Positions 35,399 to 47,924 of a stretch of DNA of 64,000 nucleotides are shown here, in pieces (positions within the stretch are counted from its first letter, which is position 1; every line of letters begins with the position of its first letter). The DNA is from a virus. The notes under the pieces are model-generated. The model saw nothing but the letters and a program-made list of their open reading frames with translations, made no database searches and was not told the DNA's origin. Made by a program: the position numbers and the translations under genes. The DNA is taken from the IMG/VR virus record IMGVR_UViG_3300046170_000524. One strand, given 5' to 3'.

Positions 35399-38300
35399 TT
35401 TTACTTTTAATTTCTTTTATATCTCTTTCTAGGGAAGAAATTTTATCTTGTTGCTCCTTGATTGCTCCAACTAAAAATGGAATTATACCTTCGTATTTAA
35501 GGCCAAGATATCCATCAGATCTTTTCATTACTAAATGAGGTGCAACTTCACGAACTTCTTGAGCTATTAGTCCATAATCTTTTCCTACATGATTCTTGGA
35601 TTTACTGTTCCATTCAAATTCTACACCTCTTAATGATAGAATTTTAGATAGAGGATTTTCGATCTTAAAGATATTATCCTTAAGTAATATATCTGATTGA
35701 GTATATTGCGCGATAACATCATTGGTAGCGAAAAGATTATTGCACGTGATATCGCCCAATGCTGATAAAGTTATATTGTTATTAGCTATACTTCCTGTTG
35801 AAGAGATTGAACTTACGTTAGAAATAGTTCCTCTTGCAATATTCGCATCAGCAATAGTTCCATTACTAATATTTGCGTAACTTATATTTATGTCATCACC
35901 TTGACTTTTTCCTAATTTAAATTTATTTTTACCATCAACTATTCCGGCGATAAAGAAACTATTATCATGAGTTCGTATATAACCTTTGCCATCAGGGTTA
36001 GAATAGTCAGATTGTTCTCCTAAAGTAATAATATCTTTTACTATAGATGATTCTGTTACTAATAATCCTGTTGCAACATTAGAAAAGCTATTCAGGGCTT
36101 GCCAACGACTTGTGTCGACAGAAGGATTAGGATTTGCGGTATTTCCCACGATATCGGTCTTAGCGATATAATAGTCATTACCATAAGATACTACATCTAC
36201 ATTAAGATTATCTCCTACAGCTCCTGTATAAGAAGTCTCAGGTTTCCATTCTCCCCTAAAGATTGGTCCAGAACCTCGGTTACCCCTATTGCCTTTATCA
36301 GTTACAGAGAAAGTTTGTTTTTTAGTAATTGGAGATGAAGAAACTTGACTCTTAAAATCCTTAACTGTAATATCATAGCTAATAAAAGCTCCATCATCTG
36401 TAGACTTAAATCCAGAAGCGTCAGCAAAAATTAATGTTTTACTTGAAATTGTTTGCGATCCAACAGTTATATTTGAAGAAGGGGTTGCTTGAACAAAAAA
36501 TTCTCCATCCGATAGCTGGGATCCTCTAGTTACTTCGCCCGCTCCGCTTCCATATTTCCTGGGTGTTAACGAAACGCTTCCAAGGAAAACTTGAATACTC
36601 GTACCAGATCCAGTTGGCGACGGATCATTTACTAAATCATAAGTTAAGCCATGATGCTCATTACTTAATACAATGGTAGTGGCATTGGACCCAGCTCTTA
36701 AAGCAAAAATACTTATTTGATCTGAAGCTAATTCAGAGCCGGACGGACCTGTTTCAGAAAAACTACAAGTTATAGTCGCTAAAAGACTTTCTGAAGTACC
36801 TTTAATATCAGAGGGAGGCTCATAAAGAATTTGATTTAAACCTTCAATGTAATAACCTTCGGTATAAGATCCTCCCCCTATTTTTTTTAGTGTGCCGACT
36901 CCACTTTTTGAATATTTATAAAATCCATCCCCCCCAAGATTATTACGAGGGGTAGCTCTTACAGTTATATCACCAGAATTTATTCTGGTTAAATCATCTT
37001 CATTGTAAGATACTGCCTGAGCTGGAGATGCGGTCAGATCAACCGCTCTAGCAGGGCTACCCTCTTTATTGTTACTTAAACTTTGTCTTTTTGTAAAAGT
37101 TTTTAATTGTCCATCTTGATCCTTTACAGTAATTTCGTAATCTATATGAGCTATATTGGAGCTAGATGTCCAACTGGCTACCTTAAACTCGGGTTCTTGA
37201 ATGCTAGAATCAAGAGTTACTCCTGATGTAGTAGTTTTAATATGAAATTGTTTAGGTGCTAAATTTCCCTCTTCACTTTGATAAACAAAAGATGTAGCTC
37301 CCTGAAAAACAGATATAATATTTAAAGTATTATCAAAATTTAAATTTTCTTGGTTATTAGCTCCCAAGGTTACAGGTACGTTTGAAAATTCTTGAGACAT
37401 AACGACCGTCAGGGCATTAGATCCTTCTTTTAAACCGAAAATAGTATATCTATCTTCTGCGACTTCTGTTAATTCATCGCTATCGCTTGACGGACCATCT
37501 TTTGCTTTGCATTTAATTCTTATGGGTAAATTCTTATCATCATATGTTGCCGGTATTTTTAAGAAGGCATTTGATGCTCCTGTTGAAAAAGTTATCTCTC
37601 TTACATTTTCGCTCGTTATACTCTTCCATTCATTATCTATGTATCTAGAAAACTCAAGCAGCATATTTTGACCGCCATCAAAAAAATTAAAATGCTCAAC
37701 GCCAACCGTAATATCACTAGTATTGTTTTTCAATACGCCGAATTGATCATATACTAAAGTCTGAGAATCTGAGACGATCTCAATACCCCTACTCCTACTT
37801 CCTGCTTTCGCTTTTGAGAATGTATATATTTTCTCAAACTCAACAGGAGGAAAGTCGCTGTCATAATCATTACCTCTGTATTTATTATCGAAAACAGGAA
37901 TCTTAAGGGCAACTGTGTCATCCAAGTCAGGAATATTCAAAAATTCTATTTCTAATACCTTCACTGTTTGTTGATTACCAGAACTATCAGTAACTATCCT
38001 TGTTACGTTCTCGCCATAACGTTTATTAATTACAAATTTATCTTTTTCACTATCTGGCACTTCATAATTGTCTTCGTTTTCTTTAAATATTAATTGCTTC
38101 GAAGGATTGCTAGTGATCGTACCTACACTATAACCACTACTAGGCTGCGGATTAACATCATATTTTTTGTAGTCATAGTATTCATGACCTCTTCTGAAAA
38201 TGACCGCTGTTTTACCTTCGTCAAATATTCCTTCTGCAACCTTCCCAAACTCATCAGCAACATATGTATGATTTTCATTATCAAGTAATACCGTATAGGC

Positions 38301-41300
38301 GTCATTACCAGGTTTACTTCCATAAATCGTAACAAAATCAGTAGCCAAAAGTAAGTCTTTAGGATCATCTGCTTCACTATCAGGATCTATATCTTGATTT
38401 TCATGTACCGCAGACGCTTTACAAATAAAAGGAGTCTTATTAAATGTATCCAACTCCTCGTCAAATTTTGATAACACAGCAGTCCCTTCATCTTCATTAA
38501 TATTCCACTTTTTTATAGAATCCTGATTTGGGTTAACTCTCCAATACGACGTATTAGTGGGAAGTTTATTTGGGTCTTTTTTATGATCCTTTATAACTTC
38601 ATATATATTATTTCCATACTTTACATTGTAACCATCTGATATAAAGAAACTTGGATCCAAATCGTTATATTCTTTATAATTCAACCTTATTAGATTCTCA
38701 GGATTTAAGTTCTGGCCAGTAAAAAAGATAATTTTAGCTTCACTCTCTAATTCATCTATTAAGTCAGTTGTAAGAGATAAAGTATTATTATTAAAGGTGT
38801 TTGCACTAGGATCATAATTACCATCGTAATCATAATTATATATTTGATTATTTACGCTTAAATCCATATAGGTAGCTGACTTACCATCAGCAACGAAATC
38901 TACAGCAAGAGATCTTTCCATTGAAGTTCCTTTTCCGGAAACATGAACAACTACAGATCCGTATTTAGGTAAAATTCTATTCGGATTTTCAGTGTCATAT
39001 GAAATCATAGCATTAAATCCAGTGACATCAAATGTAGCTCTGGCAGTTTTTGCTCGAGTAGTTCCAGCATAGTCAGTAAAATCAGTTGGAGGATTATACC
39101 TAAAACCAGATATATCGTAAGCTTCAGGTAAATCTTTATTCTTATTCTTACTCTCGGCAAACTCATCATAAGACACAAAATCCACCAAACCATCAGGAGA
39201 TGATATCCTGAAACGTATATCATCTCGAGTCATTTCACTGTTTTGATAAGTAGCAGTAAATATGCAACTATCAGTATTTCTTGCTGGTTCATAAGATCCA
39301 TCCGATAATTCTAAATACATAAAAGATTTAGGTTCTGCACTTATATCTAAAAACGTAAACTCAGCACCATCAAATTGCTTTATTTTTCCGTAAAGAGTTA
39401 AGACGTCATCGTCAAAAAATAATTTACCATTTTCAGTTTGAAATACGAAAGATCCGTCGCCACTCAAAGCAAACCCTGGATCATTCTTTACGTCATGATT
39501 AGTATTTAAGCCTTGGAAACCAGCACTACGAATCTGTCCTTTTCCACCAGCTTCGGCCAGTTGAATATCTTGCCCTTGAATTACTTCAGATCTTATTTTA
39601 TCTGCGGTTAAATTATGAATTTTTGCGTTAGTGATTGCTGCGTCCTGTATATGAGCGGTTCCTATTGTTGCATTAGCGAAAGCATGCCACATCGGAACAG
39701 GTATACCGCCTGCATTTTTGGCTATAATGAAATCGTCAGTTTCACCGAGTAAAGAAGGTTTTTTTTGATCGACCCCCTCTTGAGTTCCTTCTCCAGCAGG
39801 GTGGTAACTAGAAGTATTATAACTTCCACTATAAACAATATTCCTTAAAGGATTATTAATGCTATTATCAAAAGCTCCACCTCCCGGTCCAGTAAGATTA
39901 AGATCTTCATATAAATCCCCTACATCTATATTATTTTCTTCAGCGTAATCTACTAATTTCACAACACCCTCTCCTGTAGCGCTAAAATAAACAAAAGGAT
40001 CTTGAGTATTACCTTCTGTTACAACATAGCCTTCTCCGTTATAATACAGGAAGTGTTGCACCCAAGATATTCCAGCTCCGTTAGATGAAAAAGGATTATT
40101 TGGAACTAAAGCTAAAACATTAGGAAATGCATTAGTTATGTCTTGTTCAAAATTAGCTATATCTGTTGTCTTAGCCTGCCCAAGAATTAACTCTAAACCC
40201 TCAACATAATCAGAAGTAGAATTCTGTACCCCAGTAAATGGCCCCTTATTACCAGCATAATCAACAGGTCTTACCCAAAAATATCTTTTATCATTTACAG
40301 AGCCTTTATGTAAAGTTTGAATTTTTGAAGAATTCGCGTCTATATTAAAAATATTCTCAGCATTAATAATATCCTCTGCAAAATCATAAAATTCTTCTGG
40401 AATCTCCCCTACGGTATTTTGAACGCCTTCAATTCTTCTATATCCTGTAGAGTTTTCATAAGATCCCAAATAATTTCCTTCTTGATTAATTTCTAATTTG
40501 TCATCTATTGATTGCCAAACTTCATAATAATCAATATCAAGTGGAGCTAAATTTATTACCCCTTCATCATCGATCTGGTAATTAGGCTTTGACCAATTCA
40601 AAAAGTAATTTTCAAATGCAGTATCTCCCTCAAAGCCAACGACAGGTCCAGGTATTTCATCTGTGGTAATATTTAGAGCTGGACCAGGATACGCATTAGG
40701 ACTACTAGAATAATAATTTGAAGGTAAAACCCAAACCAGATCCAACTCTCCTCGATTATCATTGCACCCAAACACCTCTCCACTTCCAAAATCATCAAAA
40801 GGCAATATTTTATAATAATACCCAGTAATTTCCTCTTCTACAGGTGGCTTATCGTCTATAATTTGGTTAATATTATTGCCAAAAGTTAAATCTCCAGCGC
40901 CCAAAACGCTCTTAACAAAAGGTTCACCTTCTCTTATAAGTTTTCCTTCTGAATCTACTATAGAAAAGTCTTTACCAGTAGATCTATACAATAGAACCTC
41001 ACTAGTTTTTTCTCCTCTTCCGTTTGCATAATTAAAATTAAACTTTACTTTAGTAACTTGATCTTGAGAGTCAGAGGTAAATCCTTCACTCAATATAACA
41101 GGAGGAGGATTATCAGCAATAATTCTTTCTTTGTTAATTATTTCTCCTAAATTATTAATAATACCAAGCTCTAAACCCACGGACCTTTTACCACTTTCTG
41201 GCAGATACTTGTCTCCATGTATTTGATTATTTAATTCGCGAGTATATTCAAAATTATAAAAAACTTTAGCGTTATGAATATTTTCAACCAAAGGTCTATT

Positions 41301-42815
41301 ACCCAGATCATCTATATCAGACGAAAGTGTGTCATTTCCTTCTGTAATTCCACTTAAAAATTCATTTGTATGAGGATCAAATAGTGAACCACTAATACCC
41401 ACAACTCCAGGAACCACCCCGTTTTTAAACATAAATTTATATTGATTTAAATCAACTAAATTACCAGCGCCATCAACAACGTCCCAATTAAAAATTAAAT
41501 CATCTTCTCTTTCATTAAACCTAATATTATCAAGCTTTATAGATGAAGTAATTTTTTTAAGAACACCATCTTTCTCCAAACCATTTTCGCTTAAATTCAC
41601 ATAATCTTGTATACCATATTCATCAACAGGAGCAAATGAATAATAATAATCAAATCCAAATTTTTGCTGATGAATAAATGAATCCTTTGATCCAACCTTG
41701 CCAATAGATTCAAAAAATGGTGGTTCTCCTAAATCGGCCCAAAAATCTGTCGAGGGAGGAGCAGTAGAAAAAGGATTATTTTGATGATTGTTTTTGGCTT
41801 CATACACTCTACCGTCTGTATATAATACCCTATCACCTATACCATAAAATACCGATTCTAACTCGGAGTATCTAGGTGCATTTTGCAACGATGTATAATA
41901 ATCTAAATTTTCCGATACACTCTTATCGCTATAAAGTTCAACACCTTGCTGTATATAAAAACCCTGGCAATTTAAATTCATAAAATCGGTGTCATTACAA
42001 AAATAAGATGCATTAAATTCTGCGCCCCGCATATTATATGTAAAGTTACCAATAACAGAAGGATAGTTTATTCCAGTAAGGACACCTGTTGTTGTTCTAT
42101 CAAACTTGTCATGAGCTACAATTTCTATAGCTAGAGTTCTATCGATATTTAATTCATCAAAAAAAGGCTCCTCTAAACTTAAAGAAAATTCCCTATAATT
42201 ATCCAAGGCCCCTAGCACGTCGTCAGATAAAAGATGGTATTTTAAATACTCAGAAGAGGCTAATGTAGCATCATCTATAGCTTCTCCATTTTCTCCCGTT
42301 CTAAAAGATAAAGAAAATTTAGAAAAGAAAGAATCACCAAGAAGTTCATTAGACATAACCTCTCCTTCATTAGGATGACCAAAAGGAGCTATCAAACTCC
42401 AAGATATTTCAGTTTTCCTACCAACGTATTCAGATCTTATATGAAGCGGATCACCTTGAGACGAAGGTTGTAATATAACTTCTTTACCAACACTCGCGTC
42501 GGCTGGCAAATTATCTATATTTATATCAGAAAAAGTAAACGTTGTTTCTAAGAAATTTGGAAATATTTCAATTCTATCTTGAATGAATTCAGATCTAACA
42601 CCTATATCACTTACTGCGAAAACCCTAACGTCAAACACTCCATAATTACCCTGAAGAGGAACTTCTTTAAAAACAGTATCCCCTTCTTCATCCACGAGTT
42701 CGGAACCTCTACCAAGTTCATATTGAAAAGAATAATTATCGGACGTACCAACAACCTCGTATTCTGCATCGAGATCATTTATTTTAAATTCTACACCTAG
42801 AGCTGTTCTTGACAT
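35385..42815 (-). CDS. Large tail-tip/central fibre protein (lambda J C-terminal-like, Fn3-like, DUF1983-like linker, CBM5/12-like modules, S74 chaperone)
   Basis: 2476 aa; YFWVRPVDYAGN (Fn3); IGTAHIQDAAITNAKI..L.ADKI; W...Y..GD.V.Y modules; C-terminal SDILLKDNI...YGLIAQEV...LKYEGIIPFLVGAIKE. Confidence 0.8.
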   Translation of the reverse strand: MSRTALGVEFKINDLDAEYEVVGTSDNYSFQYELGRGSELVDEEGDTVFKEVPLQGNYGVFDVRVFAVSDIGVRSEFIQDRIEIFPNFLETTFTFSDINIDNLPADASVGKEVILQPSSQGDPLHIRSEYVGRKTEISWSLIAPFGHPNEGEVMSNELLGDSFFSKFSLSFRTGENGEAIDDATLASSEYLKYHLLSDDVLGALDNYREFSLSLEEPFFDELNIDRTLAIEIVAHDKFDRTTTGVLTGINYPSVIGNFTYNMRGAEFNASYFCNDTDFMNLNCQGFYIQQGVELYSDKSVSENLDYYTSLQNAPRYSELESVFYGIGDRVLYTDGRVYEAKNNHQNNPFSTAPPSTDFWADLGEPPFFESIGKVGSKDSFIHQQKFGFDYYYSFAPVDEYGIQDYVNLSENGLEKDGVLKKITSSIKLDNIRFNEREDDLIFNWDVVDGAGNLVDLNQYKFMFKNGVVPGVVGISGSLFDPHTNEFLSGITEGNDTLSSDIDDLGNRPLVENIHNAKVFYNFEYTRELNNQIHGDKYLPESGKRSVGLELGIINNLGEIINKERIIADNPPPVILSEGFTSDSQDQVTKVKFNFNYANGRGEKTSEVLLYRSTGKDFSIVDSEGKLIREGEPFVKSVLGAGDLTFGNNINQIIDDKPPVEEEITGYYYKILPFDDFGSGEVFGCNDNRGELDLVWVLPSNYYSSSPNAYPGPALNITTDEIPGPVVGFEGDTAFENYFLNWSKPNYQIDDEGVINLAPLDIDYYEVWQSIDDKLEINQEGNYLGSYENSTGYRRIEGVQNTVGEIPEEFYDFAEDIINAENIFNIDANSSKIQTLHKGSVNDKRYFWVRPVDYAGNKGPFTGVQNSTSDYVEGLELILGQAKTTDIANFEQDITNAFPNVLALVPNNPFSSNGAGISWVQHFLYYNGEGYVVTEGNTQDPFVYFSATGEGVVKLVDYAEENNIDVGDLYEDLNLTGPGGGAFDNSINNPLRNIVYSGSYNTSSYHPAGEGTQEGVDQKKPSLLGETDDFIIAKNAGGIPVPMWHAFANATIGTAHIQDAAITNAKIHNLTADKIRSEVIQGQDIQLAEAGGKGQIRSAGFQGLNTNHDVKNDPGFALSGDGSFVFQTENGKLFFDDDVLTLYGKIKQFDGAEFTFLDISAEPKSFMYLELSDGSYEPARNTDSCIFTATYQNSEMTRDDIRFRISSPDGLVDFVSYDEFAESKNKNKDLPEAYDISGFRYNPPTDFTDYAGTTRAKTARATFDVTGFNAMISYDTENPNRILPKYGSVVVHVSGKGTSMERSLAVDFVADGKSATYMDLSVNNQIYNYDYDGNYDPSANTFNNNTLSLTTDLIDELESEAKIIFFTGQNLNPENLIRLNYKEYNDLDPSFFISDGYNVKYGNNIYEVIKDHKKDPNKLPTNTSYWRVNPNQDSIKKWNINEDEGTAVLSKFDEELDTFNKTPFICKASAVHENQDIDPDSEADDPKDLLLATDFVTIYGSKPGNDAYTVLLDNENHTYVADEFGKVAEGIFDEGKTAVIFRRGHEYYDYKKYDVNPQPSSGYSVGTITSNPSKQLIFKENEDNYEVPDSEKDKFVINKRYGENVTRIVTDSSGNQQTVKVLEIEFLNIPDLDDTVALKIPVFDNKYRGNDYDSDFPPVEFEKIYTFSKAKAGSRSRGIEIVSDSQTLVYDQFGVLKNNTSDITVGVEHFNFFDGGQNMLLEFSRYIDNEWKSITSENVREITFSTGASNAFLKIPATYDDKNLPIRIKCKAKDGPSSDSDELTEVAEDRYTIFGLKEGSNALTVVMSQEFSNVPVTLGANNQENLNFDNTLNIISVFQGATSFVYQSEEGNLAPKQFHIKTTTSGVTLDSSIQEPEFKVASWTSSSNIAHIDYEITVKDQDGQLKTFTKRQSLSNNKEGSPARAVDLTASPAQAVSYNEDDLTRINSGDITVRATPRNNLGGDGFYKYSKSGVGTLKKIGGGSYTEGYYIEGLNQILYEPPSDIKGTSESLLATITCSFSETGPSGSELASDQISIFALRAGSNATTIVLSNEHHGLTYDLVNDPSPTGSGTSIQVFLGSVSLTPRKYGSGAGEVTRGSQLSDGEFFVQATPSSNITVGSQTISSKTLIFADASGFKSTDDGAFISYDITVKDFKSQVSSSPITKKQTFSVTDKGNRGNRGSGPIFRGEWKPETSYTGAVGDNLNVDVVSYGNDYYIAKTDIVGNTANPNPSVDTSRWQALNSFSNVATGLLVTESSIVKDIITLGEQSDYSNPDGKGYIRTHDNSFFIAGIVDGKNKFKLGKSQGDDINISYANISNGTIADANIARGTISNVSSISSTGSIANNNITLSALGDITCNNLFATNDVIAQYTQSDILLKDNIFKIENPLSKILSLRGVEFEWNSKSKNHVGKDYGLIAQEVREVAPHLVMKRSDGYLGLKYEGIIPFLVGAIKEQQDKISSLERDIKEIKSKINRL

Positions 42816-45800
42816 TATACGCTTAAATCTGTTAGAATTAAATCCTCAGGAGCTTCAGGTAGACTCATATTAGCCTGAGGAGGTATCGGCATTAAAGGTA
42901 ATTGTATAGAGGCATCTTTATCAACCATATCAAATTTACTCTGGCTATACTCTATGCCCTGAACCTCGAATTGATTATTATCAAGCTCTTTAACCCCAAG
43001 AGTCCTAAATAATTGTGTTTGAAAAATTCTCGAGGTTTTAATATTAATATCTTCAGTAAAAAATATTTCACCCTTATCTACTATTGAAGCAGAATCAATT
43101 GAATTAAATACTTCATGAGAATCGATCAACTCAATTGTATTAGCATCAACATAAATTGTATTCCATTGTTTATTTATTTGTGAATCTAAATCCTGCTCAG
43201 AAGAATTAAAATTTTTAATACTTATATTTCTATTTGCAAATAGATCAACGCCATGGTTATCAATCAACTTAATAATTATAGAATTTTTATTTTGCACAGA
43301 TAGATCTTGAGATTTTTTTTCTATAGAAAAAATTTCACATTCATTATAGCCCGGATTCGAAGAACTATACGAGTTCCCCGACAATTCTTCAGGGATTTCA
43401 CCTGGTGTATCAGTACTATTATCTCCTGAAGTCAATTTAAGTCCTATATATTTTTCACTCACATCTACAATATCAAATTCCTTATCGCCCAATTTATATG
43501 ATTCACCAACTGAATAACCATCAACATTATCATACACATATAGCTTAACGGGATCAGGTTTATTTTGCTCGTAAATTACTGCAGCCCACATTGACTTATC
43601 TCTTAAATCTAAATACCACCAACCAACTCTTTTATTCGGGGAGTTAGAAATTTCAGATATATCATAATTAGTCCACGCCCATCCCACATTTGTCAACCAA
43701 AACCAAAAACCTTCCTCTCCAGTATTAGGCTGCCCTGTTAGTTGGCCTAAATATACCCAACCGAAACTAAAAGTATAAAACCAGTCGTCACCTACATCAA
43801 TTAATGTTCCAAACAAACTAGATTCATACAATTTATTTTTTTCGGGATTACCGGGTTTATCCACAAAAATATTATTTAGTACACCTACGTTAGATGAGTC
43901 TTGTCCGCGAGAACCGCTAGTAGCAAATAAACCATTTAATGAAAATGGAGTACCGATTTCCAGTTGTTTAAACGCTAATAAAGTCACAGGGGAAATAGAC
44001 TGACCTACACTTTCCACACAAACAAAATGCTCTCCACCTTCATTAAGAAAATAATCTTTACCGCTGTCAATTATATTAACTTCTGATCCATTTTCTTGCT
44101 CAGAAACTTTAAAGGTATTTCTTGTAGAATTTACTACAAAATAGGCATTTGCCCCTCTCTTATCTACATTTAAACCAGATGGCAATAAACCTAAAGATGA
44201 AAACCTAACTCGATCGCCATCTTTCAATCCATGCTTATAAATTTTTATAGTATTTGTCCCCAAATCTAAACCAAAACTCATCCTTAAATCTAAATCAGTT
44301 ATTAAAGTTTTTTGTCCCTGAGGCCCTTTTTCGTCTAACTCTTCATCAACAAAAACTCGACCTTCAAATCTAAGTATTTGCGGAGAATAAATAGAATCTA
44401 TGTCTACATCTTGATCTTCTTGACTTTTTTCTACTTTAGCTCTTTGGTTTATAGTTTCATATTTTTCATTATCCAAGCCTACGTTGATAACAATTTCAAC
44501 ATTTCTTATGCTAGGCAAATTAGTCAAATCCTTGTCTACTAAAATACTTAATTTATCTTTTTCCTGAATTTGCCCCTGACTATCAGTATATTTACTTTTA
44601 AAAAACAAATTCAAAATCCTTCCACTCGTAGAATCGCCAGATCTATTTTCGTCAGAAACTTCAAACAATGAACCAGGAAAAAGAAACGAACCCTCAGACC
44701 CTGTAACGAATTGAATTTTTTCAGACTCTAAATTAGATGAAGCTAATACCCATTTAGCTAACCTTCTAGCCATACTTCGAGAAGTTATACCCATACCCAT
44801 AGTTTCCTTTTCTATATATCCATAAATTTGCATTGCAGCAGCGTCCTCTTCGTAAACTACATCTGGCTTATAATTCCTTTCTTTATTATTAAATCTGACC
44901 AAACTTGCAGTTACTTTTTTGTTTTTCGCGAAACCAGAATAAGAAAACCCCTCTTTTTTCCTTACGTTTGAATTATTAAATAACATTATAGGAGTTTTTT
45001 TTGAATCTTGAACTACAGAAATCTTACCCGCAGTATATGTCACCATACCTCTAAATAATGAAGCTAATGAATTTAATGCGTTTATTGCCTCAGACTGCTC
45101 GGTTAGATACAAATTTGATTCAAACCTCGGCTCAACAATAGAGTGGTTAAGTTGGGTGGCGCATGCACCAATAGTTATATTTGCATCTGCGTTTTTGTAT
45201 GAAGAACTGTTACTTGCGAAGGTCGGACCGGTCACTAAAACTAACATATCCCCATTTGTTACTTGAGAATCAACTATAAATCTTTCCTCGATATCATATT
45301 CACCTTTTCTCGTAACAGAGTCTTTAGCTAAAGCGGACTGCACATTATTAGAAGGTGATATCTGATCGTCGGTATAATTATGTTTATGAATAAAAAATGC
45401 AATTTTCTTACCCTTAAACTGATTTCTATCTCCAAAGTCTTTAAGGAAATCTCCTTCAGTATAAGAAAAAGGTATAAAGTCTCCACTTTCATTACTAGAT
45501 CTATCAGGGTGTCTAAACTGGTCTAATTTTATTTTAATATAAAAAGCTCCAGGAGGGTTTTTATATCTCCTTAACCCTATTTTCATGAGAATTTTGATCC
45601 AAAACATTTTCGGTAGTAAAAGCAAGCGGCAATCTATTTGTAGTTTCTACAGGGTAATTAGTTTCAACAAGTTCATCACAATACTTAGCTATTTTATACA
45701 ACTGCCACTTATCAACCATCAAATCCTCAACTCCATATTTACCTAACCCATATCTATAATTAGTCAGTAAATCATAAAAGACCCAAGCCGGGATTATTAC

Positions 45801-47559
45801 TCCAAACTCGTTTTTCATCAGGTATAGAAAACACAGATTCTCCATCTCTTTGCCCTGCAAACAAACCGTTCCAAGGTCCATTATATGTCCTTGACTCCGG
45901 CTCATAATTGGAGGGGACAAGAATTTTTTTCATTTTTATATGATAAGACCTAACAGGAATATTATTAAAATTCTTACTATCAAATTTTATCTTAACAGCA
46001 GCCGTATGTGGATAAATAACCTTTTCTTCTATAGATTCCTGAATATAAGGAATTTTAATAGACTTTTGCCTCATTATACCGCCAACATGACCAAGAAAAG
46101 TAGAATTATTTCCATTAGGATTATCATAACTGACCGAACCAGAGCTATCTACGGATTGATCGAATTCCGAAGTAAGTTTTACAACTGAAAAATTTAATTG
46201 CTCAGAGTTATCAACGAAAAGAATACCGGGATCATACTTTACAGATATAGAAAATTCATAAAATGAAGTTGCTAAGCCTTGTATCATAAAAAAATAATTA
46301 TCCCCCACTTGTATTTTTTGCAGCCCTTTTGTTATTTTCTTTCCATTAACTTCATCAGAATTAGGCGTACCTTCAAGATAATGAATATCATTTGAATTTA
46401 TATCGCTGCTAGGATCAAGTATATTAATTCTTTTTCCGTTTTTAGTGTAAAAAATAACAAATCTAATAGAGTCACTTAATGTGTCTCCAGGATCTTTATT
46501 CATCTGCATCATGTTAACTGCAAATTGAATCGTTATTTTACTAACATTTCTATCGGTTATAGCGTGAGAGAAAATGAAAGCCTGTTTTTTTATCGCAGAT
46601 TCAAAATTATTATATACAGACTTAGCAGTTCCACCTAAATAAGGTCCTGGCCCATACAACTGAGTTCCATATTGAATAGTGTAGGAAATATTACTAGATA
46701 ATGCATCAGAGTCAGAGCTCAAACCTTTTTTTAATTTAGGCAGCTCGTCATCTTCATTTAAAACATAATTAAAACTCTCTATTTCTCCACTGGAAACAGT
46801 ATTTTTAATCTGCACATTATTTAAATATATTCCTTCTCTAATATCAGTGGTGGTTAATAAGTTACCATTTTTATCCACAAGTCCAGCTATCGGACCCTCA
46901 CACAGCAAATCTATATATTCTGTAGTTGAATAAGATTCTAAAACACTAGATTTAGATTTCGAGTTCCTTTTTAAATTAAATGTACTAACTTTCGCATCAA
47001 TATTAGCAGAGCCTATCTTAAGCAATCCATAACCTAAAGGAACAGGAATTCCTTGGGCCTGACGATTTCTTTGTCCAGCAAGCAATAAAGATTTGGAAGA
47101 TACTTTTGTGCCAGGTTTAGGAGGAGCAGGAGGCTTAAATAAAGCTTGAGTTATAAATGATATAGCAACAGCAATCGCTACATAAGTTGCAACAGTTAAA
47201 ACTGTAGCAAGTACTCCTTTTCCTATCATATTCACCCAAAAACCACCAATAACCGTACTAGCAACTGCCCCACCCTTGGGCACCGGTAAAATATGAATCT
47301 CGTCACTTTTTATCTCCGAGTTTAGATTGTTTTTAGTAATTAAACTATCTACAGCATCATTTTCTGATTCAACTTTCAAAGGGTCTTTTAATAGAATTAT
47401 GTACTTATTACCCTTAACATGCTCTCTGACAGTATGTTCAAAAAAACCCGAAGAATTCGCCTCTATAGCAGACAACGCTTCTTGTATAGTCGAAACGTTC
47501 AACTCCCATGATGAGTTGAATTTCTTGCCTAATTCTCCATAAAGACGAACCTTTTTCAT
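42815..47559 (-). CDS. Fused tail assembly I + host-specificity J-like tail tip protein; ORFs 45772..47559, 45561..45920 and 42815..45625 merged
   Basis: KVRLYGELGKKF (gpI); IPVPLGYG, IDLLCEGPI.GL, YPHTA, WSNNPAWVFYDLLTNYRYGLG, EPRFE.N, ARRLAKWVL (gpJ). Span 4745 nt = 3n+2, consistent with two +1 insertions (45790-45792 and about 45575). Confidence 0.85.
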
Positions 47560-47582
47560 TACCTTAAACCTTAATTTAAATA

Positions 47583-47924
47583 TTACACTTTAATTTCATA
47601 AAAACAAAAACAATCTGTTTTCAGACTATATATTAAAAATGAAATACCTAAACTCAATGAATTCTCTATATCCGAAGTGGAAGGTTTTTCGGAAATATTT
47701 AAGTGAGAATGAAATATACAGTAAATATTATCCATCACCAGATAAGCTGGGTTTATAACAAAAGTTTTCTTAGGGCTAGCACTTAAATTATCAAGCTTAA
47801 TAAAATCACTAACCTCAAGAGTATTTTTGTCATATAAAAATAACCCACAAGACTCTTGATGATTATTTTCTATAGAAAATTGCTTGGCCTCTTCCAGTAA
47901 TTTCTCTGGAATTTTATCTTTCAA
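47583..47924 (-). CDS. Tail assembly protein K-like (JAB/MPN domain only)
   Basis: ESCGL...IFHSH...PS.SD JAMM motif; lies between L and I; no NlpC/P60 half. Confidence 0.8.
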   Translation of the reverse strand: MKDKIPEKLLEEAKQFSIENNHQESCGLFLYDKNTLEVSDFIKLDNLSASPKKTFVINPAYLVMDNIYCIFHSHLNISEKPSTSDIENSLSLGISFLIYSLKTDCFCFYEIKV

